Positions 10,470 through 22,490 of a stretch of DNA of 64,000 bases are shown here, piece after piece. The stretch covers positions 434,001 to 498,000 of the forward strand of contig CP060765.1 in NCBI GenBank assembly GCA_023205875.1, written 5' to 3'. The first letter of the stretch is position 1. The number at the start of each line of letters is the position of its first letter. Below the pieces are notes generated by a model, which saw nothing but the letters and a program-made list of their open reading frames with translations, had not been told where the DNA came from and ran no database searches. Origin of the DNA: Chloropicon primus (taxonomy: Eukaryota). The position numbers and the translations under genes were made by a program.

Positions 10470-11572
10470 TCAAAACACTGGACTTCTCCTGGGCATGGCC
10501 TGCTTCCTGCGGTGGTGCAGCCTGCATTTGGCAAAGAAGCTGCGGTTTCAAGACAACAACGCGTGCAGGAAAGACAGAGAGAGAGAGAGAGAGAGTTTCC
10601 AGGGTCAGTGCCAGTTCCCGACAACAACAAACACAACACAACACAACTCCATTCGATTGGATTGGATTGGATTGGATTGGATTGGGTCCGTGCGCACCTT
10701 GTCATGTTCCTCTTTCCACCGCTTCGCTTCCTGGTGGTGTTCTCGCTCTTCACCGAGGAGGCCTCCTTGCTGAAATCGAGCGTGCTCATCGAGAGCAAGC
10801 CCCTTGGATCCGAAACACAGTACTTGATCTTGCACCGAAGGGAGCAGAAGCAGAACTGGTCCCTGCAGGCTCTATTGCAAGTCTTGCAAGCGTTCAGGGT
10901 CTTGGTCGGCTTCAACAGAGGGCGATCCCTCAAAAAGATGACTCGGGACCCATTGATGATGTACGTCTGGACCCCGCTCGTGTCGAAGAACTTTTGCACG
11001 TCCTGAGCCTTCACCACGTCGTGGTAGACGTACCTCCTGATCTGAAGCACCTCGTGCGTCGAGTGATCCTTGAGGCAGTGCTGGCAAAACGGCTTGGAAC
11101 CGCAAGTGATGCAGAAGAAAGTGCAATCGTTCTTCTTGGCGTGAGGGTGCTCCTCGCACACGTGGAAGAAGTCGTTGCTGACAAGCTCGAACAACCACCT
11201 TTGTTTTTTTGGTTTTTTGACGAGAAAACAAAGAGCGAAAACGGGTTTACTCTCGTCAGCGCCTCTGAGTTGGTCGAACCAAACACGGTGGTTCATGGCT
11301 TGATTCATCATCAACAACAACAACAACAACAACATCCTCGTTGGCTGGCTGGCTGGCTGGCTGGTGGTCTTACCTGATGGTCTTCTTGGCGTACTGGGCC
11401 TTGCTCTGGCCGGAGGCGTCCGCCTCCATCTTCACCTGCACACGAGTGAGGGAAAGCTTCGTGTCAGTATTCCCATCCTTCTTGGTGCTGGCATCATCGC
11501 TTGCGTTGCGTTGTCCAGCACAAGGAGGAGCCGAGTCGAGCCACTTACCCCCTTGTCAAACGGTGGAGGCAT
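10470..11572 (-). CDS. PLATZ zinc-binding transcription factor, exons 11572-11549, 11435-11374, 11198-10698, 10539-10470
   Basis: WL..L....FF..C..H, FCITC..PFCQHC..H, LQIRRYVYHDVV, GVQTYIINGSRVIFL, C..C.R..FCSLRCK. The spliced last exon gives the PLATZ-type tail HRRKQAMPRRSP. All three introns are GT-AG and in frame. Confidence 0.92.
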
Positions 11573-12667
11573 CCTCTTTCGTGTCTGCGTCGACAGAGAC
11601 AGAGGGAAGCGAACGAACGGAAAAAGGAAAAACAAAAAAGAACAAACAAACAAAAAGCAAAGCCGTGGGTTCGTGGTTCGTTCCAGCTTCTCGTGTCAGA
11701 CGAAAAAAGAATACCTACTGAAGATGATAACAATAATAATAAAATATTCATAAGAGGAGAGGAGAAAGGAGGAAGCTTCTTCGCGAGGGGGCTCACCTTG
11801 CAAAGGTCGTCGTCGTCGTCGTCGTCGTCGTCCTCGTCGTCGTGGGAGTCGAGTGGAGTGGAGAGAGTTAGAAGGGGAGAGTTCGATCGCTTTCTCGATC
11901 GCGCGAAAGCTTTCACGTGGCTCGGGGGGGCGTTTTTTTCGACAAGACGTGAACTTTGAAGCGAGGTCGAGCGTCGTCGTATTGTTCTAATCAACTTGGA
12001 CACGAGTCGATGGACGAAGGACGAGTCCTGGACCGCGAGTCTCCGAGACAGACACGAAACACGTTCCGATAACGAGAGGGAGGAGGAGGAGAAAGATGCT
12101 GTGGTCCGGAGATCCGACACGTCACCACCTAAAACGTCCCATCACCAGCACGTGACGGCATAAAAGAGGTCGTTTGGTATTCTCCCTTATCTCCCTTATG
12201 CGTGCGATTGCGAGAAGCATGGGCACCCCTGAGCTGGACCCCTGAGCTCCACCCTTTATCTTCCAGCTACCCTTCGCCCGCCTGCGGACCCCGAGGATAG
12301 CCCGGCCGGCAAAGAGCTCTACGGCGTTGGAGAGCACAGGTGAGTCTTCCTCTTGATTCGATGCAAGAACCGGTACAGCAATGCTGACAGACCTCCGACG
12401 CAGAACTACGGTTTCTTAATCATCTCCTCGGCCATCCCCTTGTCCTTGGTCATGCAGCCGAGTGTAACGCGTGCACCTCCCGAAGGCGGGCTGCTCGGCT
12501 GCTACTCATGCTCATGCTTCGGTGAGAGGAGAGAGAGGAGAGAGAGAGACTAATTGTCTTGTCTTGTCTCTTTGTCTTTGTCTTCACTGAGTCTCGAGGA
12601 CGGCAGACGGTTTGACGTCGGTCGGACTCGACGTCTACACTGGTGGTGGCTGCTGTGAAGGAGCATC

Positions 12668-14825
12668 ATGACGGACTCCATCATTCGCGCGGACGCCATG
12701 CTGAGTGCGAGGCGGCCCGGTGTGACGGCCTCCTCCCTGCGAGCCGGGTTGGAGTCCTCCCTGCGGTCGGTGTACTCGATGGGGCACAGCGCCCTGGCGT
12801 CGGTCGCCGAGTTCCCCGACGAGGAGCTGACGCCCTTCACCCTGGCCTGCTTTCTTGTGATTGCCGTGGAGCTTGGGGAGAGGGCGACGTACTACACGAC
12901 GAAGCTCCTTTACCCTAGCTTTGCGACGCAGATGCTCGGGATGTCAAGCAGCGAGCTGAACATACTGATGAACTTCAACGACTTTTGGAACTACGGAAAC
13001 CCTCTGCTGGGTGCCTACCTCGCGGACGCTTTCCTGGGCCGGTTCAAAGCGATCTGCCTGGGAGCGCCCATCTACGTTCTTGGACTGTCGCTCCTCGTGC
13101 TCTCCTCGACCCCGCTGGCCTTCGGAGACTTTCCGTACCTCGAGGGGGGGTGGGCCAAGATCGGTTTCTGGATGTCCATCACCGTCATGGGTGTGGGCTG
13201 CGGCTTCATCAAGCCCTGCGTCTCCGTCTTCGCTGCGGAGCAGCTCAAGGACGAGAACGGGAACGATGCCTCGCCCAGGACGCTCGAGAAGCTCTACCTT
13301 TGGTGGTACCTGGCCATCAACATTGGCTCGTTCGTGGGTCCCGTGGTCGCCCCGCTGCTCTCCGGGGGCACGGAGGCCGGGCTCCCCAACCTCTTGCCCG
13401 GCTACGAGAAGTTTCAATGCAGTGGGAATGCGACCCTGATTCCAGCTTGCGAAGGGTACTGCCCCGGTGGGTGCACGACCACGCCGCCGACCCCCGAGCA
13501 GTTCTCCGAGTGCTGCAACGGCCCCCGCGTCGCTCTCAACTACTGGCTGGTTTGGGGGTGCTGGAGCCTCCCCATGCTCCTCTTGGCCTTTCTCACTTTT
13601 TTCCTGGGGGCGTGGAGGCCGGGGTACGTCATCAGTCCCCCCCAAGGTTCTTACCTCGGCGACTTTTTCAAGGCCCTTTGGGGCGCGGTGCGCTGCTTGG
13701 ACAACAAGAAACCGTCCGACGGGAAGGGCATGCGATGCTTCGAGCGGCTCAAGGGCATACCAGGCATGCCGAGCGACAGGCTTCTCGACGAGTTCCGGAT
13801 GATGCTGATCACCTCAAGCATCTTCCTGCCCTTCAGCTTGTTTTGGTTCGCGAACTCGCAGATGTACTCGTGGGGATACAACCAGGTACGAAAGGCAGCC
13901 AGAGCCAGCAGAATTCCTTCTCTCTCCTGACAGGTTTGTGTTCCGCACCAAAAGAAGATGAGCTAACAAAGAGTTTCCCGTCTCCCGTAACCAGTGCAAC
14001 CCCGCGCTCAAAATTTCTGGCTGGGTGGATTGCAACCAGATACAGATCATGAACTCTCTGGCCATCCTCGTCACCATTCCGATCTTTGATTTCGGACTCT
14101 ATCCGCTCCTGGCCAAGTTCAGGGTCCGCCTCACCCACATTCACAAGATCTCCGCCGGGATGGTCATCATGGGCTGCTGTCTCTTGATCATGGGGGGGCT
14201 CCAGTCGTACATCAACAAGCAGGGGTACTACTCCGGGCCAAGCTCAACCAGTTACGTGTACTACGACCCCGAGAACTACAAGGAACACCAGGCTTCCGTT
14301 TATTGGCAGGTTCCAATTTTTTGGCTCTCTGGAGTCGCCGAGGTCGTTGGGAACATCGCGACGTTGGAGTTGGCTTACGTCGGCTCGCCGCCATCGATGA
14401 AGAGTCTTGTGATGGCCTTCGGCTTGATGACCTCGTGCGGCGGCGCGATCATTGGCTTCATCGTCAACCCTTTCTACACCTCGTCTCGGTCGATCTACTT
14501 CCAGTACGTGACGGGGGCGATCACGGTGTTGATGGGCCCCACAATCTGGTTCTTCTGGCGCAACCTGAGAACCGGGCGGGATCTCATGCCCGAGCTCTTC
14601 GAGGAAAACCTGAAGGCCGTGATCCGTACTGGCAGCATGGGCAGCCTTGTGGGCCAAGGCGGCGGCAGCTTGATGGAGTTTAGGGGCAGCCTGAAGACGT
14701 CCATGGACGGGAAGCCGGGGGGCTACGAGATGGGAAGCAAGAACGCCATGGAAGCTCTCACTTCCCTTCAAGGGTCGCTGAAGAAGTCCATCCAAGAAGA
14801 AGGCGAAGAAGAAGGCGAAGAGTAA
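12668..14825 (+). CDS. NPF/PTR (POT) family proton-coupled peptide/nitrate transporter, intron 13886-13994
   Basis: ExxER motif (VELGERATYY), GAYLADAFLGRFK, GCGFIKPCVSVFAAEQ, WYLAINIGS, YWQVP, LELAYVGSPPSMKS. Confidence 0.92.
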
Positions 14826-15495
14826 AGAACGTTCCGATCAATCCGGTGTTGTCTGCTGACATGCTCTGCGTGAGTCGCTTGAAGGAGTTGTTTCAAAGGG
14901 AAGCGACTGAGCTAACCCTCCTCTCTCTCTCTAGCATCAGTCCAAGTATCATTACAGAACACTTCCATGCTAATACCAATCATCATCATCATCACCATTC
15001 CTTCCTGGTGAGGTCGAAAACAGGAAGAGGCAACGCATCCATTGGTCCATCCATCGATCCGATCCAACATCGATCCATCGATCCTCTTGCCCCCTCCCTC
15101 CACTACAATCCGCCCCTCCTCCATCACGACAGCAGCCGCCAGAAGCAGCAGCAGCCAGGCGACGGAGGTAAGCAGCAGCGAGCGACGCGAGAGAGAGAGA
15201 GAGAGAGAGAGAGGAGGGGGTGAACGAACGACGATTTGAGAGAACAAGTTTGCGGCTTACCCGCGTCCTGTTTAGTTAATTACGTCGGAAAGTGAGAACT
15301 TTTCTTCGATCGTTTCCTCGATCGAAGAAAAGGGAGACGCGTCTACCCGAGCGAAAAACGAACTCACTGTTTCTTGCAAACTAAAACAACACGTCACATT
15401 TCATCCAACAACAAAACAAAAAAAACAAGTCAGTTGCCGGGCAAGGGAGTGATATGTAACGCAACGTGACGCACGCCCCCCCTCCCCTCGTCCCA

Positions 15496-16515
15496 ATGTC
15501 GTCGTCCTCGTCGCGGTTCGGATCGACCGAGCCGGAGGATCCCTACAGGGTCCTCGAGTTCAAGGAGCTCTCAAGGGAGGCGAACAGGGAGGAGGCCAGG
15601 GCAATGCTTGAGCGGGTGTGCAAGCAAGTCCAGCCCCTGATGAGGCGGAGAGGCTGGAGGGTGAAGCGGGTGAGGGAGTTTTACCCCCGAAACCCCGCCC
15701 TGTTGGGGCTTAACGTGAACAAGGGCCTGGAGATCAGGCTGAGGTTGAGGCCGCCGGAGGACCGGTCGAGGTTCTATCCGTACGAGTTTGTCTTGGGCAC
15801 GATGCTTCACGAGCTTGTGCACAACGTGCACGGCCCGCACAACACGGCTTTTTACAACCTGCTCGATGAAATCACAAGAGAGGTGGAGGAGGACATGGCC
15901 AAGGGGAACTTTGGGTCGGGCGTGGGCTTCGACGGTCGAAGCAGCGGGCGCTTGGGGGGCCGGGGCCCCGTTCCAGTGCATAATCCCGACCCGATCATGC
16001 TGAGGAAGAAGATGCTCGAGGCGGCGGAGAGTCGAGCGAGGAAGCAGGGCATTATGTCCAAGGGGCCTCAAAGATTGGGAGGAGCCGCCGACTTTGCAAA
16101 GGGGCTCACTCCGGCGCAAGCGGCCGCTAAGGCTGCGGAGAGGAGGATGAGGGACGACTTGTGGTGCCCAGCAGCCCGCGGCGAGGTCATCGATCTCACG
16201 AGCGACGAGGAGGACTTGGACATGGGGACTGGACAGGGCTCTTCGTCGCACTGCGGTTGCGCGGGCGGTTGCATCGATCTGACGATGGAGGAAGCAGACA
16301 AGGCGGAGGAAGAAGGCGTCGTTCCTGGGCAGCGTTCCCCACCGTCTGATCCCCCACCACCTCCTGCTCCCGAGGCGGAGGCGGGTTTCTGGTCTTGCAA
16401 GTTCTGCACCCTTCGAAACCCGAAGGCCTCGACTCACTGCGCGGCCTGCGAGCAGTGGAGGTACTCCACAGGTATGGCTCCCACGGCAAACAACATCAAG
16501 TGGAATCAGACTTGA
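15496..16515 (+). CDS. WSS1: WSS1-like WLM metalloprotease (DNA-protein crosslink repair) with SHP/VIM/SIM-like motifs and a RanBP2 zinc finger
   Basis: EFYP.N..LLGLNVNKG..I.LRLR, TMLHELVHNVHGPHN..FY (HExxH), FDGRSSGRLGG, VIDLT/CIDLT, WSCKFCTLRN..HCAAC. Confidence 0.9.
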   Translation: MSSSSSRFGSTEPEDPYRVLEFKELSREANREEARAMLERVCKQVQPLMRRRGWRVKRVREFYPRNPALLGLNVNKGLEIRLRLRPPEDRSRFYPYEFVLGTMLHELVHNVHGPHNTAFYNLLDEITREVEEDMAKGNFGSGVGFDGRSSGRLGGRGPVPVHNPDPIMLRKKMLEAAESRARKQGIMSKGPQRLGGAADFAKGLTPAQAAAKAAERRMRDDLWCPAARGEVIDLTSDEEDLDMGTGQGSSSHCGCAGGCIDLTMEEADKAEEEGVVPGQRSPPSDPPPPPAPEAEAGFWSCKFCTLRNPKASTHCAACEQWRYSTGMAPTANNIKWNQT

Positions 16516-16685
16516 AGTGCTTGTATACAACAACAGATGTAGAACAATAATATTGTAATCTTTTTGCTTTGTATGTTACGTTACGTTACTCTTTGACTTG
16601 ATGCACCGCAGGCTCCAGCTCCAGCTCCAGCTCCAGCTCCGTTATATTTTTGTTTAGGGTTTCCTCGACCTCGACCTCTGCAGAA

Positions 16686-18953
16686 ATGAATGAGACTTCG
16701 GCGAACGAGGGACGAGGGAGTCACGGAGGTGACCTCCGCTCGGAGCTGAACGGCCTTCGGGAACTCTCCTCGACGCAGGAGCACACGGAAGCTTCCCTCG
16801 CGGCGTTATCGGAACTCGGCCACAAGCTCGCATGGCTGGCGAGGGTCAAGTACTACCATGATTACTGGACGCCTCCTCGAGGGGGGCTCGAGGCAGAGTT
16901 GGGGTCCGCGCTAGGCGATGGGGACCAAGACAAGGCGAGGGGCGAATCCGCATCGAGCCAAGCCCAAAGAGGTACGCAGTGACGTGAATTCTTTCCGCAG
17001 AGACAAGGATCTCTCGGCCCACGTCCACCACCACCCTATGGAAGTCTGAGAGCAAGTGGTTTCACCGAGGGGTGACGCCCGTGGGAGGGGCGCTCGGAGT
17101 CCCTGAGCTCCCGACCGTCCCTCGTGATCGATGTCCCGGCTCTTACTAAACCGTTTCGCTCGAATCTTCTTGCCCCATCTATTGAACTTGCAGGGAGGGA
17201 AGGCACCACCATTGGACCGTACAGTCCCAGGTGCCCGCTCGAGGAAGCCTTGATCGCCACGATGGTGTTTCTCGAGGAGGAAAGGAAAGCTGTGGAACCG
17301 AAAGGCAAATCGAAGTCGCAAAGGGTGCGCCTCGCTCTGCTGCCTATGCTGATACTGTGCGGAAGGCCTCGGGCCGCTTGCGAGTTCCTCTCCACGGCAG
17401 AGAACGCTTCTGGGTGCTACGAGGGGAGAGAGACTTTTGTGAGGTGGATGCTTCTGGCCCACGCGTGCCTTGCGGCCCGATTGCCCGGACGCGCCGTTCG
17501 GGTGTCGAAGAGCTTGCTGGACAGCCACTTTGATGCTTTTGACAACGACATGACCAGGGAAGAGCTCGAGAGGGAGAGGACGATGTACGAGTCTGCTGCT
17601 TCCACTTCCTTCTCGTCCGCTTTGGACGACGACGAGCACTTCCAGGAGTTCTCGACACCCACTAGCAATGGAACGGCTGCGGAGGAGGCAAGCGAGGTGG
17701 GGGCGGCAGACTCTTTGACGTCTTCGCTGTTTGCGACGAATTCTGGGGCGCACAAAATTCACTTGCTCTTGCTCGCGTGCAGGACGAAGCTCGATGAGCA
17801 CAGGATGCAGATGAGGGAGCACAACTTCAACGGGGGTGCCGGGGCAGCTGTCGCGACGGGCTGGGCGGAGAAGGCCCTGAATCTGTGCAACAGCGACCCC
17901 ATCAACCTTGGCCACCTCCAGGAGTCTTGCACCATCGCTTACGCGGGGTGCATCCTGGAGGCGCTGTCGAGGGGGCACCAGGGCAACCCGGCTTGCTCCC
18001 CGCCGAGGGAGGTGTACGACAAGGCCCTGGGAGACGCCGAGACCCAGCTTCACAAGGTGGTCTACACGAAGAGCAGCAGGAGCTTGAATCCGATCTCGGC
18101 CTACTTGCTTTCGCTGGTTTACATCCGGAGGGAAAAGAAGAAGGAGGCGATGGACTTGCTGTCTGGCCTGCAGAACACGAACAGCTGCGTCCAGGTCTTC
18201 ATGAACACCCTTCTCGCGGTGCTCTACGCCACGGAGAAGAGGACGACCAAGGGGTTCAACATGCTGGAGAAGATGCTCGTGGAGCTGGAGATGCAGGGCC
18301 GGGAGGGCCAGTCGTCCCTCGAGAAGCAGTACTTTGTTCACCGGGTGCAGCTCAGGTTCGCGATCTTCAAGAGGGGCGCCACGACGATCTTCCAGCGGGG
18401 CCGGCATGGGGACCACGCCGAAGTCATCCAAGCGCTCGCCAGGCACGGCAAGACGAGACTCGCCAGCCTGCTCGCGGCGGAGCTCTCCATACACTTTGCC
18501 TTCTCTCAGAAGTTTGGCAAGGCCAAGGACCTCGCGGAGGAGGCGGTCACGCTCGATCCGAGCTGCCCCCTGGCGCACCACGCGATGGGCGTCATCCACG
18601 AGAGCACGCCCGAGTACGACCTCGCCCTGCAGAAGTACGAGGACGCCATGGCGATGTGCCCCCAGTACGGGCCCAGCGCCCTCGCCTCGGCGCTGATCTG
18701 GGAGTACCAGATGGACGACTACACCTGGCACGCCAGGGACCTGTGCGAGGACGCCTTGAAGTGGAACTTGGACGACTACGAGGCCCTGCTGGCTCTCGGC
18801 CGGATGAAGGAGCAGATGGGCGACGTGGAAGCGAGTCAGGCCCTCAACTCCAGGGGGCTGAAGCACATTGGGGAGATGCCTTGCATGCCGTACTACGAGT
18901 TCCCCACGGTCATCTGGGAGGACGACCTGTCCCTGGACTGCTACTCGTTTTAG
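16686..18953 (+). CDS. TPR protein, TTC7/YPP1/NPG1-like (PI4K scaffold family), exons 16686-16971 and 17194-18953
   Basis: A phase-1 GT-AG intron at 16972-17193 (branch-like ACTAA) joins in frame. YSPRCPLEEALIA, C-terminal TPRs and the terminal PCMPY..P resemble TTC7/NPG1. Confidence 0.7.
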
Positions 18954-19147
18954 CTCCAGGGGGAGAGCAGGCGCGGAGGGGTTTGTTCGAGGGGGAGTGG
19001 GGGCGCCTTGCGGTATCCACGAATCCTTTTTACAATTCTTTACTCTCCTTCTTTTCTTCCTCGAAAGCAGTAAAGCGCCGCTATTGTTCCTACTTTCGTT
19101 GTGCTTTTGTTTTGTGCCGTCAATTCTTTTCACCGATGAGAAGAGAT

Positions 19148-19744
19148 TTACTTCTTCACCTCAACCTCGTCCAACGCATAGTTGTTCGTGGTCACTCCCG
19201 CGTAGTTGACCTTCTCGAAACGGACGACGACAGGGTACCTGATTCCGGTCTGATCGACGGAAACAACCTTGCCCGTCTCGTTGAACCAATACGACTCTGG
19301 CCTGAGGATCTTCACGGTGGAGCCTCTTGGTGGTCCAATCGCTGGTGGCTTCTTCTTCTTTGGCTTCTTCGCCTTCTTCGCGGGCGCCTTGCCGTCCGCG
19401 TCCGCCCGCACTACGAAGCTCGGGACACGTGCCGTCCTCCCTGGGCGAACGCCCGTTACCCCTGTTGTTTGACAGACACACACACACACACAGAGAGAGA
19501 GAGAGGGAGGGCCAGAGAGAGAGGAGCGTCAGGCACAACCATCCAAAGGGAGGAGGGCAGAGGAGGAGGAGACACAACGCAACGCAACGCAACGCAACAC
19601 ATCTCGATCTCACGACCGACGACAACAACCGAGGCCGAGGTTGGAATTAGAGACCCCGTCCGTCCGTGGCCTCCTCAAGGCGTTGCGGACCCTTCCCTCG
19701 CTCTTACCTCTGATTCCTCTGCTAGTCAACACTGGTACCGGCAT
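19148..19744 (-). CDS. psaE: Photosystem I subunit IV (PsaE) precursor, exons 19744-19708 and 19461-19148
   Basis: [59 protein letters not shown]. The transit-peptide exon [12 protein letters not shown] splices in frame. Confidence 0.97.
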
Positions 19745-20468
19745 GCTTGTCACTGCTCTTGCGATGAACACACACAGACAGACAGAGAGAGAGAGGTCGT
19801 CGCGTCGTCGTTAGCTTTGTTTTCGGCAAATCCTGAGCGCCCCTTTGTCCCCCCGTCTCAACCAAGGTATCAAACGAAAGAGCACGAGTCGAAGCTTCGA
19901 TCTATGTGTCGTCCGACCTCTTTCCTCTTCGTCCAAGGGTCGAAGTTTCCCCCTCAAACCTTACCTTCCTGCCTCGATCGTCGCCAACCGTTCTTGATCT
20001 GAGAGCGAACGAACGGCGATTGGTCGAAGATCATCTTATCCGAAATGGTACGTTTTGAATGTAAATGTAGGAGCGCGTGGGAAAGACTTTCCCGTAATTC
20101 AAATCTCAAGAAAACAAAGTCATAACTACTAAAAAGATACTTCAAATTTAAAAGAGGATCAACATTTCCAGCCCCAGAAAGGGTACGTTTGAGTGTACGA
20201 GGAAGTTCGAAATTCGAAGTTCAAATGTGAAGTTCAGGAATAAAGAGCGCGCCCCTCGGCCGATCAGACAGCGGAGCGGAGGACCTCGCCGATCGGCGGC
20301 GACGGACGGAAGCGCGGGCGCGGGCGTGAGGAAGTCACGAGGTAATAAGATTCCTACGGTCGTTCTCTTTCCGTGGACCCCTCACTCGTGAGAAATGGTG
20401 CGGTAGGGGCGAGGCATCGAGTGGATTCGTAGGTCATCGAGACAAGTGCGGAGGCTTTGGGCAGCAGC

Positions 20469-21341
20469 ATGGAGAAGCTCAACAAGGTGGGTTCGGTGGC
20501 GCTCCGCATATCGGGCGATCCTCTCTCGGGCGCTGACCTTCCTCTTCTTCTTCTTCTTCTTCTTCTTCTTCTTCTTCTTCTTCTTCTTCTTCTGTTGTGT
20601 GGACGGCAGGGCTTGAGTCAGAGGGTGAACCTTGCGGGAGTGAAGTTTGCCCTGCAACTCTTCACGGTAAGGAGGACAAGCTCGAGGGAGCAAGCATGAG
20701 TGGAAACCTGACCCTCTCGTTCGCTCTCATTCTCTCGCAAATTGAAGACGAAGAGGAGGAACGCCCTGGCGCACGTCGGCGTGAAGAACATCAGCGCGGT
20801 AGACTGGAGCAAGGTGAAGGCCTCGGGGTTCAAGGGCTGCGTGTTCGACAAGGACAACACCCTTACGAGTCCTTACTCCCTGTGCTTCCATCCGGAGGTC
20901 AAGGACTCGTTCGCGGACTGCATCAAAGCGTTTGACGGCAAGGTGGCCCTCCTCAGCAACTCGGCCGGACTGTCGCAGTACGACCCGCACGGGGAGGAGG
21001 CGAACGCGATCGAGAAGAAGCTCGGGGTTCCCGTGCTGCGGCACAAGAAGAAGAAGCCCGCGGGGGAGCCGGGGCTTCTGGAGAAGCACTTCGAGGCCCA
21101 AGCCCACGAGCTCGTGATGGTGGGGGACAGGACCTTCACGGACGTGGCGTACGGCAACTCTTTGGGAATGTTGACCGTAAAGTGCGAGCCGTTCACCTCC
21201 AAGGGCGAGAACTTGTTCGTCAAGCTGGCTCGAAAGATCGAGGCTCTCCTGGTCCTCCTCCTGCGGGCGGCGGGATGCAAGCCGCCTCAGCACGACCTCG
21301 TCGCCCGGGAAGCGACTCTGGCCACATTCACCAAGGCGTAG
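20469..21341 (+). CDS. HAD IIIA phosphatidylglycerophosphatase (GEP4/PGPP/YqeG family), exons 20469-20486, 20610-20666, 20748-21341
   Basis: GFKGCVFDKDNTLT (DxDxT), LLSNSAG, RHKKKKP, MVGDRTFTDVAYGN. Two phase-0 GT-AG introns. Confidence 0.9.
20544..20593. repeat. (CTT)n trinucleotide microsatellite in an intron
   Basis: Directly visible. Confidence 0.9.
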
Positions 21342-21524
21342 CGGGCGAGTTGCGCGGGTTGGGCATGCGGAGGGAGCGAGGGGGGCGGAGACGGGGAGCG
21401 CGTGCCCTTCTTTGGGCCTGGCCGCCTCGCCCCGGGACGCGTGCAACAACGTGTACAAATAAATAAATAGTAATAATCATGCTCTTTTTTTGGTTTTTGG
21501 CCTCAAGAGGGACTCCTCCATCCA

Positions 21525-21911
21525 TCAGAGCGAACCTCCCAGAACAGACGACGTGATGCTTCCGGCGCAGATGCCCTGGGCCACACCCATGGGCGCCCAC
21601 CACGGCATGCCGAACATCCCCTCGTACATGTCTCTCGGAATCGCTTGGCAGACCGCGCCGGCGACCGCGTTCACCGGAGCGGAGATGAACCCCGGGACCT
21701 CCTCCTCGACCTGCTGCAGCTTGCGCCGAGCCTCCTCGTGCCTCTCCGCGAGACCGAAGACGTCCTCGTTGGCGAAAATCTCGCTCAAGTCCACCTCCGC
21801 TCTTTCGCCCACGCGCAGCAGGGGCCTCGCGGCGCTGCAACACTGCGTCGCCACCGCCAGGGCCGCGAGGGCCGCCACCAAAACCACGGCCGCGCTCTTC
21901 CTCATCTTCAT
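21525..21911 (-). CDS. Small secreted hypothetical protein (signal peptide, acidic propeptide, RRKLQQ site, 2-Cys C-terminal peptide)
   Basis: ATG-initiated 128-aa ORF with a hydrophobic N-terminus (MKMRKSAAVVLVAALAALAVATQCCSAA) and GC3-rich codons. Confidence 0.7.
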   Translation of the reverse strand: MKMRKSAAVVLVAALAALAVATQCCSAARPLLRVGERAEVDLSEIFANEDVFGLAERHEEARRKLQQVEEEVPGFISAPVNAVAGAVCQAIPRDMYEGMFGMPWWAPMGVAQGICAGSITSSVLGGSL

Positions 21912-22490
21912 CTACCGCGTGCCTGAGAAAGGGAGAGAGAGAGAGAGGGAGAGGAGAGGAGAGAAAGAGAGGCCTCAAGCGCGCGTGTTCAGTCCCTGCC
22001 CTGCCTGCCGAAAAAACCTAGCGACGAGTCCATACGCCGATATGTCGACGACGAGTCCACCGAAACCGAGAGAGAGGAATGAGAAAAAGGGAGAGCTCGT
22101 TCGCATTTTGACGAGTTCCACGGCGTTCCACGAGTGTCCGTGACCCAGGGTGACCCACCTTTGCGCTTTCTTTCACAGTCTTGTCGCCGTCGGAACGAAA
22201 AGACAGGCGATGAGAGCCCACCTTGTTCATGAAGCTCGGCCGTTAGTTTCGAGGACACTACACATGAGTGTAATATCGTGTACACCCGGAGAGAACTTTT
22301 CCCTTTTCTTTATCCATTAGGGCTCTCTCGCTCTCGACCTCGAAGGAAGGAGAGGGGACCGACGTTTGGAGGGTTTGAGGACGGGGGAGAGCGCGGACGG
22401 GGGAGAGCGCGCCACCACAAGAAGCTTCGTCTCTTGGGCTTTCCATTGGTGCCTTGGTCGAAGGATTTGGGTCTCATCTCACACGCAAGG

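Noticed and set aside
12198..12345. Possible upstream coding exon of the NPF transporter (CAG|GTGAGT at about 12340)
   Set aside because: The nearby ATGs end at an in-frame TGA. At most this is a 5'UTR exon, and it cannot be supported without transcripts.
16972..17000. 29-nt mini-intron alternative for the TPR gene
   Set aside because: It is implausibly short. The longer intron ending at 17193 has a branch site and joins the TPR frame directly.
17885..20002. 705-aa plus-strand ORF spanning the TPR gene and psaE
   Set aside because: It is an alternate-frame read-through across genes, an intron and microsatellites, with no domain signal.
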